Shown: positions 48,401 through 61,648, counted from the stretch's first letter. The stretch is 64,000 nt of DNA from Felis catus (GCF_018350175.1 NC_058383.1:30134001-30198000); one strand, 5' to 3'. Translations and numbers: made by a program. The notes: generated by a model not told the origin, from the sequence alone.

Positions 48401-49730
48401 TCTACCAAAGCTTTTAAGGGGTAAATAGAAACCTGAGGTATTTTCTCCTCAAAGTTAAACAATTCATCCCTTCAAATGCATAATGTTGCTCTTGGCTCCA
48501 GAAAGTCTGAGATTGTTGGAAGATGTCCAGAAGTTCCATTCACCCTGAATGCCATGAAATATGCATGACATAAAATAGGCAGTCTTGAAAACCTACCTCC
48601 CTCCTAGATTTCAAGAGGGTGGCATTTGTGATGTACATGCATCTCGGTCAAATGTGCATCTGGGGACGTGTGGGAGACATATCAATGACTCCATCAGGGT
48701 GATAACATTTCACACATTACCCAAACCAGCGTCTTCCTTCCCAGGTTACTGGAGAATCAAATGAAACTTTGACCGAAGCTGGAAGGGTTGTGGAACTAAG
48801 ATGGTCCTGCCTATCCCTGACTGTGGCTTTATTTCCATTCTCCTAAAAGAGAGAGGAAAGGCTGTTTGGTATTTGGATGGATGTTCCAATTGCATGTGTG
48901 CTGATGACCCCAATCTTCAGGGTCTAAGAGCTGGACCAGAGAATATCATCCCTCTTTCCTTCCCCAGTGAAAGGTGGTTTTTCCAGGCCTCTGGCTTACG
49001 AAGATAGCCACCATAGGGGACCTTTTATGGAGAGGAGAAGCAGGATGAAGGGATGGGTATTTTCAAAAGAAGAGTCCATTTGTAGAGGGCAGAACAACTC
49101 CTCTGACAGTTCTAGACATGTTGGGCATCCCCAGGATTTGGTGTTCCAGGCACCAGACCACTCAGTATCTGTGTCCCAGTGGAGAGGAGAGGCATGAGTA
49201 ACACCAAGACAGAACACATGAGTGCTCAAAGACAAATTCCCAATTATTTTATTGTATCACTAATGATCTTCCCAGCTGGGGTTTCTGGGAGCCCTCCTGG
49301 AGTCACACCCTGTTGGATATTTCCATTCTCCATTTCCTCTTCTTTCTCAGTGGGGAAACTCCACCTTACCCTCTCTGGGGCTTCTGAGGACATCTGGGCA
49401 GTACAGCTTCTTCGCTGCTCTGATGGAGGGTTTTTGTCCTTGTCTGGTGGAAGGATGTCGTTTTTAATCAAATTTGAATCTTCTTTCAGAACACAGGTGG
49501 ATTTTTGAGGGAATATGGGGACTTGCTGAGCCAATTAGAGTAGCTGAGTCATTCCTTGGTTATATCTCCCTCATCTCCAGTGTTTTCTTGAACCAGTGTT
49601 CTCTCACGTGCCCTTTCCATATTTCTCCACAACAAAATGGAGGTTACTCAGCCATCATGTTGACACTAAGTCCATCCAGTCCTTCACGGGCATGGGAAGT
49701 ATCTTTCATAACTTCCACAAGCTTAAGACA

Positions 49731-49848
49731 TATGATGACCAAGTTGTTCCCGTTAGTCTGGGCCTTCCCTGGGTCTAGCCAGTGCTAGAGGCCACATCCA
49801 GGGACCCTTCTTAGTCCCAGGAAAACCAGGCCAAGCGGGTCATCTTAG
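49731..49848. mobile_element. MER81/MER94-like hAT-Blackjack MITE
   Basis: gatgaccaagttgttcc...cttagtcccaggaaaaccagg...gggtcatctta; degenerate TIRs gatgacc / ggtcatc. Confidence 0.6.
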
Positions 49849-50109
49849 AGATATGTCCCAGCCTCTTCCAATAGACCTGTCTTCTCCCATATAATGACAG
49901 ATTCCAATTATTTTGTTTCTTTCCTAGTGTCACCTCTTTTGTTTGAGATCCACTTTCAGTCACTTCTCCTGACTTATGGTCCCTTATTATCTCCCCTAAA
50001 TACTATCATCTAATTTCTACCCCACCCAGGTTAACAAGAAGGACAACTGGCCCATGATAATAGGAAGCATTTTCTGAAGGGTATGAGGAAGGGGAAACAG
50101 AACGTGAAT

Positions 50110-50295
50110 CCACCCTAATGTGTGCCAAGAAATGTACCAGCTATTAACATGTACCATGTTATCATCACAACATGGCATAAGTCGTAGCACTGTCTCCATT
50201 TTCCAGATAGCAAACTAGGGATTAGAGAGATTAAGTGACTCACTGGAAGTCACTCTGCAAATAATGGGGCTGGAATGAGATTCCAGGTCTTGTCT
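50110..50295 (-). mobile_element. MIR
   Basis: tgtgccaag...tctccattttccagatagcaaactagggattagagagattaagtgact. Confidence 0.7.
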
Positions 50296-51224
50296 AGGAA
50301 AGAGTAGAGGTTGTCCTGGAAAGGAAGTTAGAGGTTACAGTTATAAAATTTCCCAAAATGTTGAAGCCAAAATCTAGTGTGGTGGAGGAGAGTAGATAAA
50401 GCAGCAATGTGGGAAAACTGAAATATATGCATTCCTCTTTTTGTTTTTAATTTTAACACTATGGAATTCAAGTCACTTTGTAAGCTTTGAAACATAAAAA
50501 TGTATAATGTATAATATGGTTTGCTCATAAAATTACCATGTTTGGGGTATTTAAAGACACGAGGACATAGGAAGAAGGAGAAAACTTTGGGGAAAATAGC
50601 TTTTCTCTTTTATTTGAGAAAAGTGATAACATTTGGAAAAATATTTTAAAAGTTTCCTAATTTTTTAAATGAGATTTTTCACAATCATATTTGCAGCCAT
50701 TCACTTTTCCCTTACTCTGTCAAACTTTAGGAACCCTCACACTGACCCTCTTCGGGTTCTATCTCCTGCCCAGGGACCAATGCTTAATATCACCATCCCC
50801 TCCCCCTCTGCATCCTCTCCTTCTCTCTCGTGGTGGGTACTTCATGGCTTTTCATGGTCCTTTCTCCAGTCTCAGCCTTTCATCCAGCTCCCTACTCAAG
50901 AGCTCTTACTCCGTCTGCCTCTTCATAATTAACTACTCCTTATGAGTAGTGTCCGTGGTAGTTACTGGTGGCTACTGGTCACCTCACTTAGCTGATCCCT
51001 GGGATAGGCGACGTGCTAAGTTGAGAGGAGTACTTTAAGACTTCTAGAAGAGTGAAGTCAGGGAGCTGTCCTCTTAACACACCTGTTCAACTGATGACTA
51101 CAGCCTTACCGTAGGGTTCCAGGTTCAGTGAGTGGAGTGTGGGCTCAAGTGTCAGTCCCAGTTGGTCCCAGATGAAGCCAGAGTTTTCAAAAGAATTTGG
51201 TCCAAAGACTAGAAATAATCTTAA

Positions 51225-51600
51225 TGCTCATAATAGAGACTGCTTAAATTTTGATGTAAGCCATAAGATGGAATTCAATACAGCTATGAAAGGATAAAGA
51301 TAGAGCTATACCTACCAACTCTGGTACTATCTTTAAGCAAATCTAAGTGAGAAATATAGAATAATGAGAAATATAGAAATAATAAGAAGATATCCTGCAT
51401 TTATATTAAAAAGATAGCAAAAATGGGATGATAGGTGCATATTTCCTTGTACGTCCATAAAATATCTTTATGATCTTTGTAACGCCCAGGAAACCCTTGA
51501 GAAAGAGGTGAACTAGGGGATTAAAGATTAAGAGCAAGAGAGACTTTATTTTGACTAGACACCCTTTTATAGCACTTATTTTTTTTATCATTTGCATGTA
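51225..51600 (+). mobile_element. L1ME-like 3' end fragment
   Basis: aatagagactgcttaaattttgatgtaagccataagatggaattcaatacagctatgaaa. Confidence 0.5.
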
Positions 51601-52214
51601 TTGCCTTCTGGTAGGTGGTCAAGCAGATAGCTAGATAATACAAATAAATGAAAATATAAAGGTAGTTTGACATACTGTACCCATTTATAAGTATGATGGA
51701 AATTAATTACATGAAACTATTGCTGATTGGTCACGTCACCTCAGCACAAAAGTTAGCCTGCATGTAGTCTAGTGGATCTGGAAACATTTGTTTGCCATTG
51801 AGGAAGGAAGGTAAATGCGTGTCCATCTGGATGTGCCTCTGGATAGTCTCCTCAGCTACCTAGTCATTGCCACAATAAACATTAACTGAAAACTTAATAC
51901 ATGCCCACACTGAGGTGGATGCTTGTACTGTTCTGATGGATAAGACCCAGTTGACCCATCTGGATGTCACAGTGGATGAGAGTGGGATCCACCTCTGTAC
52001 ATCACTACAGTACAATGTAGTAAATGTTCAGCCCAAAGATACTGGGGGATGATCCATTAATGGGATTATCGGGGGTCTGGAGAAGAAACTGAATAATTTC
52101 AGAGCTAAAATGACCTTTAAGAATCGTCCAGTTCAATCCCTTGATGAAGGAGTCGAGGAAACATTTCTGAGTAGAGCCACACAAAGATAAAGTGGCAGGA
52201 ATGATGTATAAACC

Positions 52215-52637
52215 ATATATCAATTTTAAATATTGCTGCTTAACAAATTCCAATATCTCAACAGCATGCAGCAATAAGCATGTATTTAGCTCAAGTTTTA
52301 GGTTGGCTGGGGGCAGGGATTAGCTGGAGTGGCTCTCCCCGCTCCATGTGGCCTCCATCTAGTGGGCTGTCCTGGGCATATTCTTCTCCTGGCATGGCAG
52401 AGATGCAAGCAAAAGGAAGCATGCAATCTTCAAGAGGTGTAATCTCAGAATTGGCACAGCGTCACCTCTGCCTCATTCTATTAGCTACAGAAAGTCACTT
52501 GGCTGAACCTGAATTAGAGGAGTGGGAATTTATTGTTTACTCCTTTAGCAAAGAAAATAAAAGACCCCAGACAAAAGGCAGGGATAGGAGGGGTTGGAGG
52601 GGTTGAAGAATTAGGGTCAACGATACCATCTACCACA
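52215..52637 (-). mobile_element. MaLR MLT1I/J-like solo LTR
   Basis: tattgctgcttaacaaa...ctcagaattggcacagcgtcacctctgcctcattctatt...aagtcacttggc...gaagaattaggg...ctaccaca. Confidence 0.7.
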
Positions 52638-54219
52638 TGGATTTTTATGCATGTTTGTGGGTCACAAGCTCAGGGCAGTAGGCTGCCTCTTTGGGTGGGG
52701 CGGGGGGGGGGAGGTTGCTAATGTGGAGAAGTTCCAACACCCTGATGGGTGGTGGAGGACGGAGGGGTATGTAGATTGTTCATGTGTAATGACACTGGTG
52801 TTGTCAAGGCGGAAAACAGACCCTTACTAGAAAGCTGGCATCTAAGAGTTGATCTTTTCTTCTCTTTCAAAGCTGTTCCAGCCAACCAAGAATTCTGCAC
52901 AGGTGTACAAGGGCTAGAGGGGGTGGGGGGTAGGGGCACCTGCTCCAGGCCCCGTTTGGAATTGAGAGAAGGGGGACAGGGGCCAAACTGTATTTAGGGG
53001 AGCAGAAGAGATCACTGTTTTCAAAAGTGGAAACTTTTCAGTCATTTGTTCAAAGCTAACAATGTATGAACAAGATGTTGGTATGGGTGTGAGGAGATGT
53101 TTTCGGATGACACAAGTGTCAAACTACAACCTTGAGGCCCAAAGAAAGGCAAGAGCTCGGGCCTTTTTACATGATCACTGATACACCAACTGGAAAGGAG
53201 AGGCTCAGGCTCTGCCCCCAGCAGGTCCCACCCCTGGGCTCCCTTCCTCCCTGGTTAGGATGTGGGTGTATCTCAAGTGGAGTGGGCAGAGAGAAGGGCT
53301 GGCAGGACTCTGTCTTGATGTACCAAGAAGAATAAGTGTTACTTTCATGGAGTGATAATACCTGGTGTCTCCTGGAGGCAAGACTTCAAAAAATTGGTAA
53401 ACACCATGGCAAGAAGTGAAATAACTGTTATCACACTGTTTAATACCTAAATTGTATATACTCTTGCTGGGGAAGAAGCAAATTTGGCTGGTGGGCGTTG
53501 AGGAGGTTGTCTTCAGGATAACCAGGTGGCAAGACATTCTGAGATGATTCACTGAGTTACTGATAATAAGGCACAGAGAGGAGAGAGATGAAAATAATAA
53601 CAATAGCTACCCATTTACGGAACATGTGTTAGGTGCTGTGTAGTCCTACCAGATCATTTTCCTCACTACCCCAATACAGTAGGGACCATCCTGTGATCTG
53701 ATATCAACCAGACTCTTTCTTGGGACTTTCCTCTTAAGTGAAGTAATGGAAGGAACTTGGGACCACTGTGGTTTCTTTATGGCACCTAAGTAAGACCACT
53801 GTGACAATTAATTTTATGTGTTGATTTGACTGGACCACTGGCTGCTGAGATACTTGGTCAAACATCATTCTGGATGTGTCTGTGAGGGTGTTTCTAGATG
53901 ACATTAATATTTGAGTGGATAGACCATGTAAGCCTCTTCCTAAGGTGGGTGGGCCTCAGTGAATCAACTAGAGGCCTGCATAGAAGAAAAAAGGGAAAGG
54001 TAGGGTAAGGGAGAATTTTCTCTCTGTTCCTGGTTGCTTTCAAGAAGGACATTAGTCTTCTGCATGGGGCTGGAATGTGCACCATCAATCCCCTTGGTTC
54101 TCAGGCCCTCACACTCAGAATGGAATTCTACCACCAGCTTTCCTGGGTCTCCAACTTGCAGATGGAAGAATGTGGGACTAACCAGCCTCCATAACTGTGT
54201 GAGACAATTCCTTATAATA

Positions 54220-54730
54220 TAGTTGACCCTTGTCCTTGACCCTTGACCCTACATAGTCAGAAATCCATGTATAGGGGCACCTAGGTGGCTCCATTGGTTA
54301 AGCATCTGACTTTGGCTCAGGACGTGGGTTCAAGCCCTGCATCAGTCTCTCTGCTGTCAGCATAGAGCCTGCTTCAGATCCTCTGAAGCCCTCTCTCTCT
54401 GCCCTTCCCCATGCTCTCTCTCTGTCAGAAATAAACATTAAAAAAACCCACATATAACTTTTGACTACTCCCCCCCCCTCCACAAAATTAACTACAAATG
54501 GCCTGTTAACATTATCGCTAACATTAACAGTTGGCTAACACATATTTTTATGTTATATATGTTATATACTGTTTTCTTACAATAAGGTAAGCTAGAGAAA
54601 AGGAAACATTACTAAGAAAATCATAAAGAAGAGAAAATACACTTACAGTACGTGCTGTATTTATATTTAAAAAAATCTATGTGAAGTGGACCCCTGCACA
54701 GTTCAAACCTATGTTGCTCAATCATAAATC
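54220..54730. mobile_element. Tigger2-family non-autonomous DNA transposon
   Basis: agttgacccttg start after TA; cttacaataaggtaagctagagaaaag...aagtggacccctgcacagttcaaacctatgttg. Confidence 0.8.
54274..54446 (+). mobile_element. CanSINE inside the Tigger element
   Basis: ggggcacctaggtggctc head; flanks aaatccatgtata / aaacccacatata. Confidence 0.9.
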
Positions 54731-54731
54731 T

Positions 54732-54778
<47 letters not shown>

Positions 54779-54824
54779 GTAATAGACGATGGTAGGTAGG
54801 TAGGTAGGTAGGTAGGTAGGTAGG

Positions 54825-54880
<56 letters not shown>

Positions 54881-55012
54881 GATGGTAGGTAGGTAGGTAG
54901 ATAGATGGCAGATAGATAATAGATAATGGTAGGTAGGTATATAGGTAGATAGATAGATGACAGATAGATAACAGATGATGATAGGTAGGCAGGTAGATAG
55001 ATAGGTATAGAT
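54732..55012. repeat. Compound (GATA)n/(GGTA)n tetranucleotide STR
   Basis: (AGAT)11, then alternating GGTA and GATA blocks that decay rightwards. Confidence 0.97.
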
Positions 55013-55809
55013 ACATGGATCGATCCGATAGGTTCTCTGGAGAACCCTGATTAATGCAACCATCAAGAGATTTGTGCTACCAACACCTTTTGGATTTGCT
55101 CAGGCACTTTGTGCTATTTCTCATATCCTGTAAGCTAGTCCATATTTTTCTAATTAATTTGGTTTTGCTTCAGCAATCTGGAACCAGATTCTGTTGCCTG
55201 TGACCAAAGAACCATACTTGATAATGTAACCCTAGTAGGTGGGCAAAGACTATTCCTCTTTAAAGGCAAAAATAAATAAAAAACAAAACAAAAAAAAGCA
55301 AAGAACAACCGCAAGTCACAGAGGTGCAATTATGTCACAGAGCTAGCTAGTGAGTAGTAGAGATGGGATTTGAACCCCATCTGCCCAAATCAAGAACATG
55401 TACTCTTCTTGTACATGTTTTTCTTTGGGGATGTTGATCAGAAGGTGGCTGAAAACTGGACTGGGACCCTGGAGATGGCTCTTGAGCTATAGAAACTCTC
55501 AGAGGCAACTGCCCTGGCTTAGACTGGGTCAGGGAAGATACTACGAGATCAAAGCTTCATAGACCAAGGAGTATCAATTCTGATTGGGAGCCGAGTGCCA
55601 AACTGTGGATCTGCCACTAAATTACTGGGGGTGTTGCCTCCTGAGTGACATGGGAGACAACGTGTATGTGTTAGCCCCACTGTGGGTGCAGACTTTGTGA
55701 CAGGACATGGCCAGCCTGGCGCCTGGACATGAAGCTAATCACATTTCATTTCCAAAGGGATGTCGGGTATAAATGGAATGATGAAAGCCAACGTTTATTA
55801 TGACATTTA

Positions 55810-56400
55810 CTTTCTTTGCGACCATTCCCATCTGTAAAAATTGGGTAATACATGACCTAGCTGGCAACATGGTCAAGAGAGTTAAAGGCAAGAATATCTG
55901 TAATGTACTTAGCATGATTATTGAAAGAATACGGTATGTGGGCAATACAATATCTAGTCACAACTCTATTATGTTATTTATCAAGCATTTGTTGAGCACC
56001 TGTTATATGCCAGGTATTAGGTACTTTAAAAAACATCTTAGGGGCTCCTGGGTGGCTTAGTCGGTAAGTATCCAACTATTGATTTGGGTTCAGGTAGTGA
56101 TCTCACAGTCGTAGAGATCAAGCCCTGCATTGGACTCCAGGCTGGGTATGCAGCCTGCTTGGGATTCTCTCTCTCCCTTTTCCTCTGCCCCTCTCCCCCA
56201 TTCATAGTTTCACTCACTCTCTCTCTCTCTCTCTCAAAAAAAAAAAAAAAAATATATATATATATTAATATATATTAAAAATAACTTACTGAATTACCAC
56301 AAATTCTAAAGACGTAATCCTTATTATTATCCCTATTTCACAGCTAGAGAATCTCAAAAGGTTAAGTCCTTGCTCAAGGTCACATTAGCTATGAATTGGC
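55810..56400. mobile_element. Tail-to-tail MIR pair (+ at about 55810-55960, - at about 55970-56400); the second is split by a CanSINE
   Basis: cccatctgtaaaaattgggtaata; ttgagcacctgttatatgccagg...ttattatccctatttcacag...cttgctcaaggtcaca. Confidence 0.7.
56041..56280 (+). mobile_element. CanSINE with A/(TA)n tail
   Basis: ggggctcctgggtggcttagtcgg head, CT tract and tail. Confidence 0.93.
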
Positions 56401-57080
56401 AGCCATTATTATTATTATTATTATATGGAACACAACCGTCTAACAATCCATAAAGCCCATCTATACATTGCACACATCTACATACAAACACAACCAGAGA
56501 CCACAAGACAGACACACCTGAAGACACACAAGGAGACACAGACATTGTACAGTATTGGCTGTATTCATAGTATTCATATGCTCCTTGAATTCTCCTTCCC
56601 CAGATACTGTGTCATCCCCTGTCCTACTGCTTCCGGGTCTCCACTCATAATCTGATAGATTAATTCAGAGAAGATGCAAGTAGGCTTTATTACAGTCCTC
56701 TTCCCAGGGTAGCTGAAGTTTAACAGATGAATTGTGGACACTGTGGTGCAAAAGCTGCCAGAATTACTTGTCCCTGGGGGGGAATTTCAGGCCTATAGTA
56801 GGAAGACCAAAGAGAGAATCCTGGGGAAAGATCATTCATTCATTCATTCATTCATTGTAATAGATTGATCACCAGCCATGTGCCACCCACTGTGCAAGGC
56901 TCTAGAGAGGACACCACAAAGACAGTCATGATCCTTGACCTCCCAGGTATCAGAATCTGCTAAAGTTACACTTGATCTTAACCATGTCCTCCTGCTGCCA
57001 CTGTAGATGGAGACAGACAGTCATGATCTGGGGACTGTCCTTCCATTTAGAATTCTCATTGTGGATTCCTAGAATCCTGG

Positions 57081-57280
57081 AGCTGTGTTATCCAATATGG
57101 TAGCCACTAGCCACCTGGACTATTTATGTTTGAATTTAAATTTATTAAAATTAAATAAAGTTAAAAATTGAGTTCCTGGTAATGCTAGCCTCATTTTGGG
57201 CGCTCAATACCTCCCTCTGGCTACTGGTTACCATCTTGGACAGGGTGGATATAGGATATTGCCATCATTGCAGAGATTTT
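57081..57280. mobile_element. MER3 hAT-Charlie relic
   Basis: tccaatatggtagccactagccac...ttaaaattaaataaag...tggctactggttaccatcttggacag...ccatcattgcaga. Confidence 0.85.
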
Positions 57281-57649
57281 GAAGGTTACCAGACTGAAAT
57301 GTCAAAGAATGGCAATAGTTTGGAGGTATTCAAGTTCTACCCTCCTCATTGAACAAATGGTGAAACTGAGGCCCAGAGAGAGGTGGCCAGAGAATGAGTC
57401 CACAGTGTAGTTACAAATGGAAACTTACAGTAACTTTGCCAAATAATATCCCCTGCCCTCTTCTCCACCCATCCAGTCTTCCCTCACAAACCAAGCAAGG
57501 GAAAGCAATCACTGACTTCAGATTTGACATTGTTGGTCACACACCAGGGAGGAAGCTTTGGCCTTCAGAAGAAGCCCTTCTCCAGAGGTGACTGTGCTAC
57601 CTCCCCAGGAGGTTGTATGCACCAGTAACTACACATCAAGAACAGCAAC

Positions 57650-57860
57650 AATGCCTCCCTTTCTGTGCAGTGAACTTGGCATCCGTTATCTCTTTTAAGC
57701 CTCCCCAACAACCCGAAGAGTTGGTATCATTATTACGGATAAGGAAACTAAGGCCCAGAAAGGTGACTAACTTGTCTGAGGTCACCGAGCTTCAAAGAGA
57801 GAAACAAGAATTGGAACTCAGATCTTTGGCCCCCAGAGCTCAATGCTGTTTGCTTCCACC
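57650..57860 (-). mobile_element. MIR
   Basis: ttacggataaggaaactaaggcccagaaaggtgactaacttgtctgaggtcac. Confidence 0.75.
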
Positions 57861-58854
57861 CTAACCTACAATTTTAAGGTTTTACTTTTAACAGAATAAG
57901 AAGCAATTATAATTGCAAATGTTCCTCTTTCTTGGCCTTGCTTCAAATTCAAATACCAAAACAAATGTAAAACCAAAGTGTAAACAAGAACCATCCCTGC
58001 TGGAAAAGCCACACCTCTTCAGTCCCTGGTCCCATTTCTTATCAACCCTGTACACATCTCTGCACAGCAGTCCCTGGAAACACTCTCCATAGGCACCAGA
58101 AGGACCCAGAAAGAGGGTATCTGGAAGAACTTGGCTGAGATGCTGAGCCTCGGGCTGTAAACTCAGGACTGTAAACTCACTTCCAGCATGGATGTGAAGG
58201 GTTAAAAAAATCAGATGGGAGACCGGTCCCCCTCAAGGCATGCATACCACTCACACTCTCCTTAGTCCCTTCTCCATCTGGGAATTCAGGGAGGGAGAAA
58301 CAAAAGGCAGAAGGCTTCCTTGAAGTTGGGCTCTCTCCAACCACAGCTTCAGCTATGCAGTTTCAAATCCGTGTCAGGCAAGGAGGAGAGAGTCAGCTTT
58401 ATTCTTGTGCGATAAAGCGTTACTGTCTCTTATATGTAGGGCTTACCTCTTAGTGTCACTTTGACGACTAAAATATTTGTTGGAGAGTTTTCCCACAGGT
58501 CTCTTAGGGCAGGAGAGATGCAGCTGGCTGGAGAGTTTGTTTTGCAAAAATGAATGCAGGAAAGTGAATCCAGAAGGACCCCCTGAGTCCTTATGAGACT
58601 GGGGGGTGTAGACTGGACCTGTATTGGGTAGGACTATGAATGTCAGCTAGGAATTTGAACTTGATAGGGGATGGTGGTGGAACCAGGTTTTTGTTTGCTT
58701 TATTTTCAGCAGAAAATTGCTGTGATCTGGGTTTATCTGATCATTTTGCAAATATTAAGCACCCACTGTGTGCCAGCTACTGTTCTTAGGCCATGGGAAT
58801 TTAAGGATGAACCAGACAGACACAGGCAGGTTGTGATGGGATTTAGACTCATCT

Positions 58855-59300
58855 AGAATAGTGGTTCTCAACTGGGGGCAATGTTGCATCGCCCCCCAGG
58901 ATATTTGCAAATGTCTGGAGATATTTTTATTTATTTAGTTTTTAATGTTGTCTTTTGAGAGAGAGAGAGAGAGAGGGCAAAGGTCAGAGAGAGAGACACA
59001 CACACAATCCAAAGCAGGTTCCAGGCTCTGAGCTGTCAGCATGGAGCCCGTAGAGGGGGCTTAAACTCACAGACCGTGAGATCACGACCTAAGCCAAAGT
59101 CAGAGGCTTAACCAACTGAGCCACCCAGGTGCTCCTGGGGATATTTTTAGATTCCATAATTATTGGGGAGTAATATTTGCTACTGCCACCTAGGAACAGA
59201 GGCCAGGGATGTTAAACATCCTACAATGCACAGGACAGGCCCCCACAACAAAGAATCAACAAAATATCAATGGTAGAGAAGGTGGGAAATCCCTAACCTG
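58855..59300 (+). mobile_element. MER20 split by a CanSINE
   Basis: agtggttctcaactgggggcaat...aatgtctggaga, then agaggccagggatgttaaacatcctacaatgcacaggacag. Confidence 0.88.
58924..59135 (-). mobile_element. CanSINE
   Basis: Full body; TSD ctggagatattttt / ctggggatattttt. Confidence 0.94.
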
Positions 59301-59441
59301 GTAGGTAATAAACTTATGAATGATACAGAACCTTTTACCCTGCATATAAATTATGGACACTACCACAGTGCTGGGCACAGAGTATGTAAATAGTAGATTA
59401 AGTCTAAAAAGGCACATGTGGGATGGCTTTAGAAATTATCC

Positions 59442-59596
59442 TTTTTTTTTAAGTTTTATTTTTAGAAAGAGAACCCCGACAGGCTCCATGCTTAGCACGG
59501 AGCCCAATGCAGACCTCGATCCCATGACCCTGGGATCACGACCTGTGCTGAAATCAAGAGTCAGATGCTCAACTAACTGAGCCACCCAGGTGCCCC
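59442..59596 (-). mobile_element. CanSINE, short variant
   Basis: caggctccatgcttagcacggagccc...gagccacccaggtgcccc; TSD agaaattatc / agaaatgatc. Confidence 0.9.
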
Positions 59597-59914
59597 AGAA
59601 ATGATCTGTTTATATACCATGTGAGATATTAGGTATTTCAGACAGAAGATTTGAGCAAAAAAGGTATTTTTTTTTGCTTCCAAGTGAGGACCCCAGATGA
59701 TCAAATGGGAGGCATTTCCAATTTTAGGGACACAAGGTACGTCTGGGAAAACAATGATTCGTGAAGCTCTAAGGATCAGGAAGATTCTGGGACAGACAGC
59801 CATTGCTGTTGAAGTTAGCCATGTATGGGGACAAGCTGTAGACAGTGAATACACGCAGGGTGCGAGGAATTGTTTCATGCATCCCCCCACCCAACAACCC
59901 AGCGAGGTAAGGCT

Positions 59915-60380
59915 GATGTGATCTCCATTTTCCTCTGGAACAGAAGTGCAGGGGGTGGCGGGGGGGTTCACCCTGCTAGTAGGCAGAACCAGCCTGTGAG
60001 AGAAAGCAGCTTGAACCCAGAAGCTATGCTCTTCCCCCAGATCTCCTCTTGGGGAACCCTCTGCTGTGTGCAATATCAGGAAAATTCTAGTGTCCTACTG
60101 AGTGTCGCCTGTCGTAATCCACACCAGGCCAACAGAACTCTGTCCTGGAACACGGACTCTTGAGCTTTGACCCAGATTGAGGAAAACCAACCAGAAGTGG
60201 CTGCTACAGAGCCCTTCGAGCAGATGTTCAAAGCTTCCCTGGCATCTAGACTCCAGGGGTTGCCCTAAACCCCAGGTCCCTGACCATTCTGCAAGCCTCC
60301 CCTTTCTCATCAATAAAACTCCCCCTTTTGTTTATAAGTCATTGGCAGTTTCTGTTGTTTGCAACCAGAGAAGTCCCAGA
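59915..60380 (+). mobile_element. Old ERVL-class solo LTR relic
   Basis: LTR-like 3' end caataaaactcccccttttgttt...gtttctgttgtttgcaacca. Confidence 0.45.
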
Positions 60381-61648
60381 AAGAAAGATCCAGGAAAGGG
60401 TCCCTGGACCTCCTGGACTGTGCTGGCCTCTGGAAGTAGGGAGGAGTCAGGCTGTGCAGCAGGGAAGGCTGGAAGGTGTGAAGAGAAGCCTAAGGCTCTT
60501 TGGGGAGGAAGTAGAGGAGGAACAGGCAGGCTTCCTGCCTGATGTGCAAGGAGAACAGATACCTTTCAGGCTGTTGGAATCCCACAGGCTCGCATCAGTC
60601 TGCCGAGGCTTAAGCCTTGGTTCTGTCTGGCTAGATGTAGAACTTCAAACACATTATTTAATGTCTCTGGACAAGTTTCCCCTTCTTGAAGGGGTGCATC
60701 TTAAGATCTGCTTTGTGGAGTGGATGGAAGGCCAAAGGCTTTAACAGCGTATTTTATCATCACTTCTATGGGGCACATCTCCCACGTTTTGTCATCTCTG
60801 AAACTAGAATGTGGCTCACAAGTGACAGTTTATCATCAATTATTGGATGGAGTGGGGTTTTTCCTTAACATAAAATACAAGCGTGAACTATTGGTGTCAT
60901 CTTAGATTCAGTGATACAGAATGGCTGGACTGTGGTAGGGACTTCAAATGTCAGGAATTATTGTTTCTATTTAGATCACCAGCTCCTAGTGCACATCGTA
61001 AGCACTCAGTAACTGTGGACGCAAAGAAGATCCCTCAGGAGTTTGAGCCTGACCTGAAGGTATATTTGAACCCTTGAACCCAGTAAAAAGCAAGGAGAGG
61101 TCACATTCTGGACTCCCTCCTGGGGAAAGTGGTTAATACAACCTTATGGACAGAATCCCCAAGACAGGAAGAAATGGCGACACTCTGGTGAAGAAATGGT
61201 GCCTTCTTTGTTCCACAATTTACCAGACAAAACTGACCCATCCACCTCTGTTTCCTGCCCGCTGACAAACCGCTCAGACCACAGGTGGTAACCGGGGACT
61301 CACCAGTGAACAAATGATTGCTCCGTGCCCAGGATCCGTCTGACCAGTCATCAGCTTTTTCCAAAAGCTGTCCCTCATCTTGGCCACACAACTGGGTGAT
61401 GGTGACTCCCCGGCACTGTCCTTGTCATTGTTTAGGTCCCAACGCTCTTTAGCAGATTTTATTTACTCTGACCTACAGATGTGATTATAAGAGGACATGC
61501 TATTCATCTGGGCATTTTTCTCAATATGCACGCATGTTAAAGAGTTGGCCAAGGAGAGGAGAAGTGCAGCACAATGACTAACTAAGCTGCCTGGGTTCGT
61601 GTCCTCACTGCTAAACATGTGACCTTCCTTCGTAGAAAAGCCATCCGA

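Larger units (their letters stand above)
53800..55058 (+). mobile_element. ERVL MLT2-family solo LTR with nested inserts
   Basis: TG...CA ends; ttaattttatgtgttgatttgactgg...aacatcattctggatgtgtctgtgagggtgttt; 3' end ctctggagaaccctgattaatgca; TSD accac / accat. Confidence 0.85.

Noticed and set aside
49244..49534. 96-aa hydrophilic minus-strand ORF, and a faint + strand resemblance to a LINE RT GVPQGS...ADD segment
   Set aside because: No ATG or convincing splice sites and no recognisable homologue; the RT resemblance needs several indels and would require an nhmmer/Dfam hit.
54621..55066. YLSI/YLPT-repeat ORFs
   Set aside because: Translation of the GATA/GGTA microsatellite.
55810..56040. 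Tail-to-tail MIR pair as a miRNA-like hairpin
   Set aside because: The arms are too diverged to give a convincing stem by eye.
61304..61472. Minus-strand exon-like segment (ctgtag acceptor, gtgagt donor)
   Set aside because: Weak pyrimidine tract, stops in all frames, and no partner exons identified.
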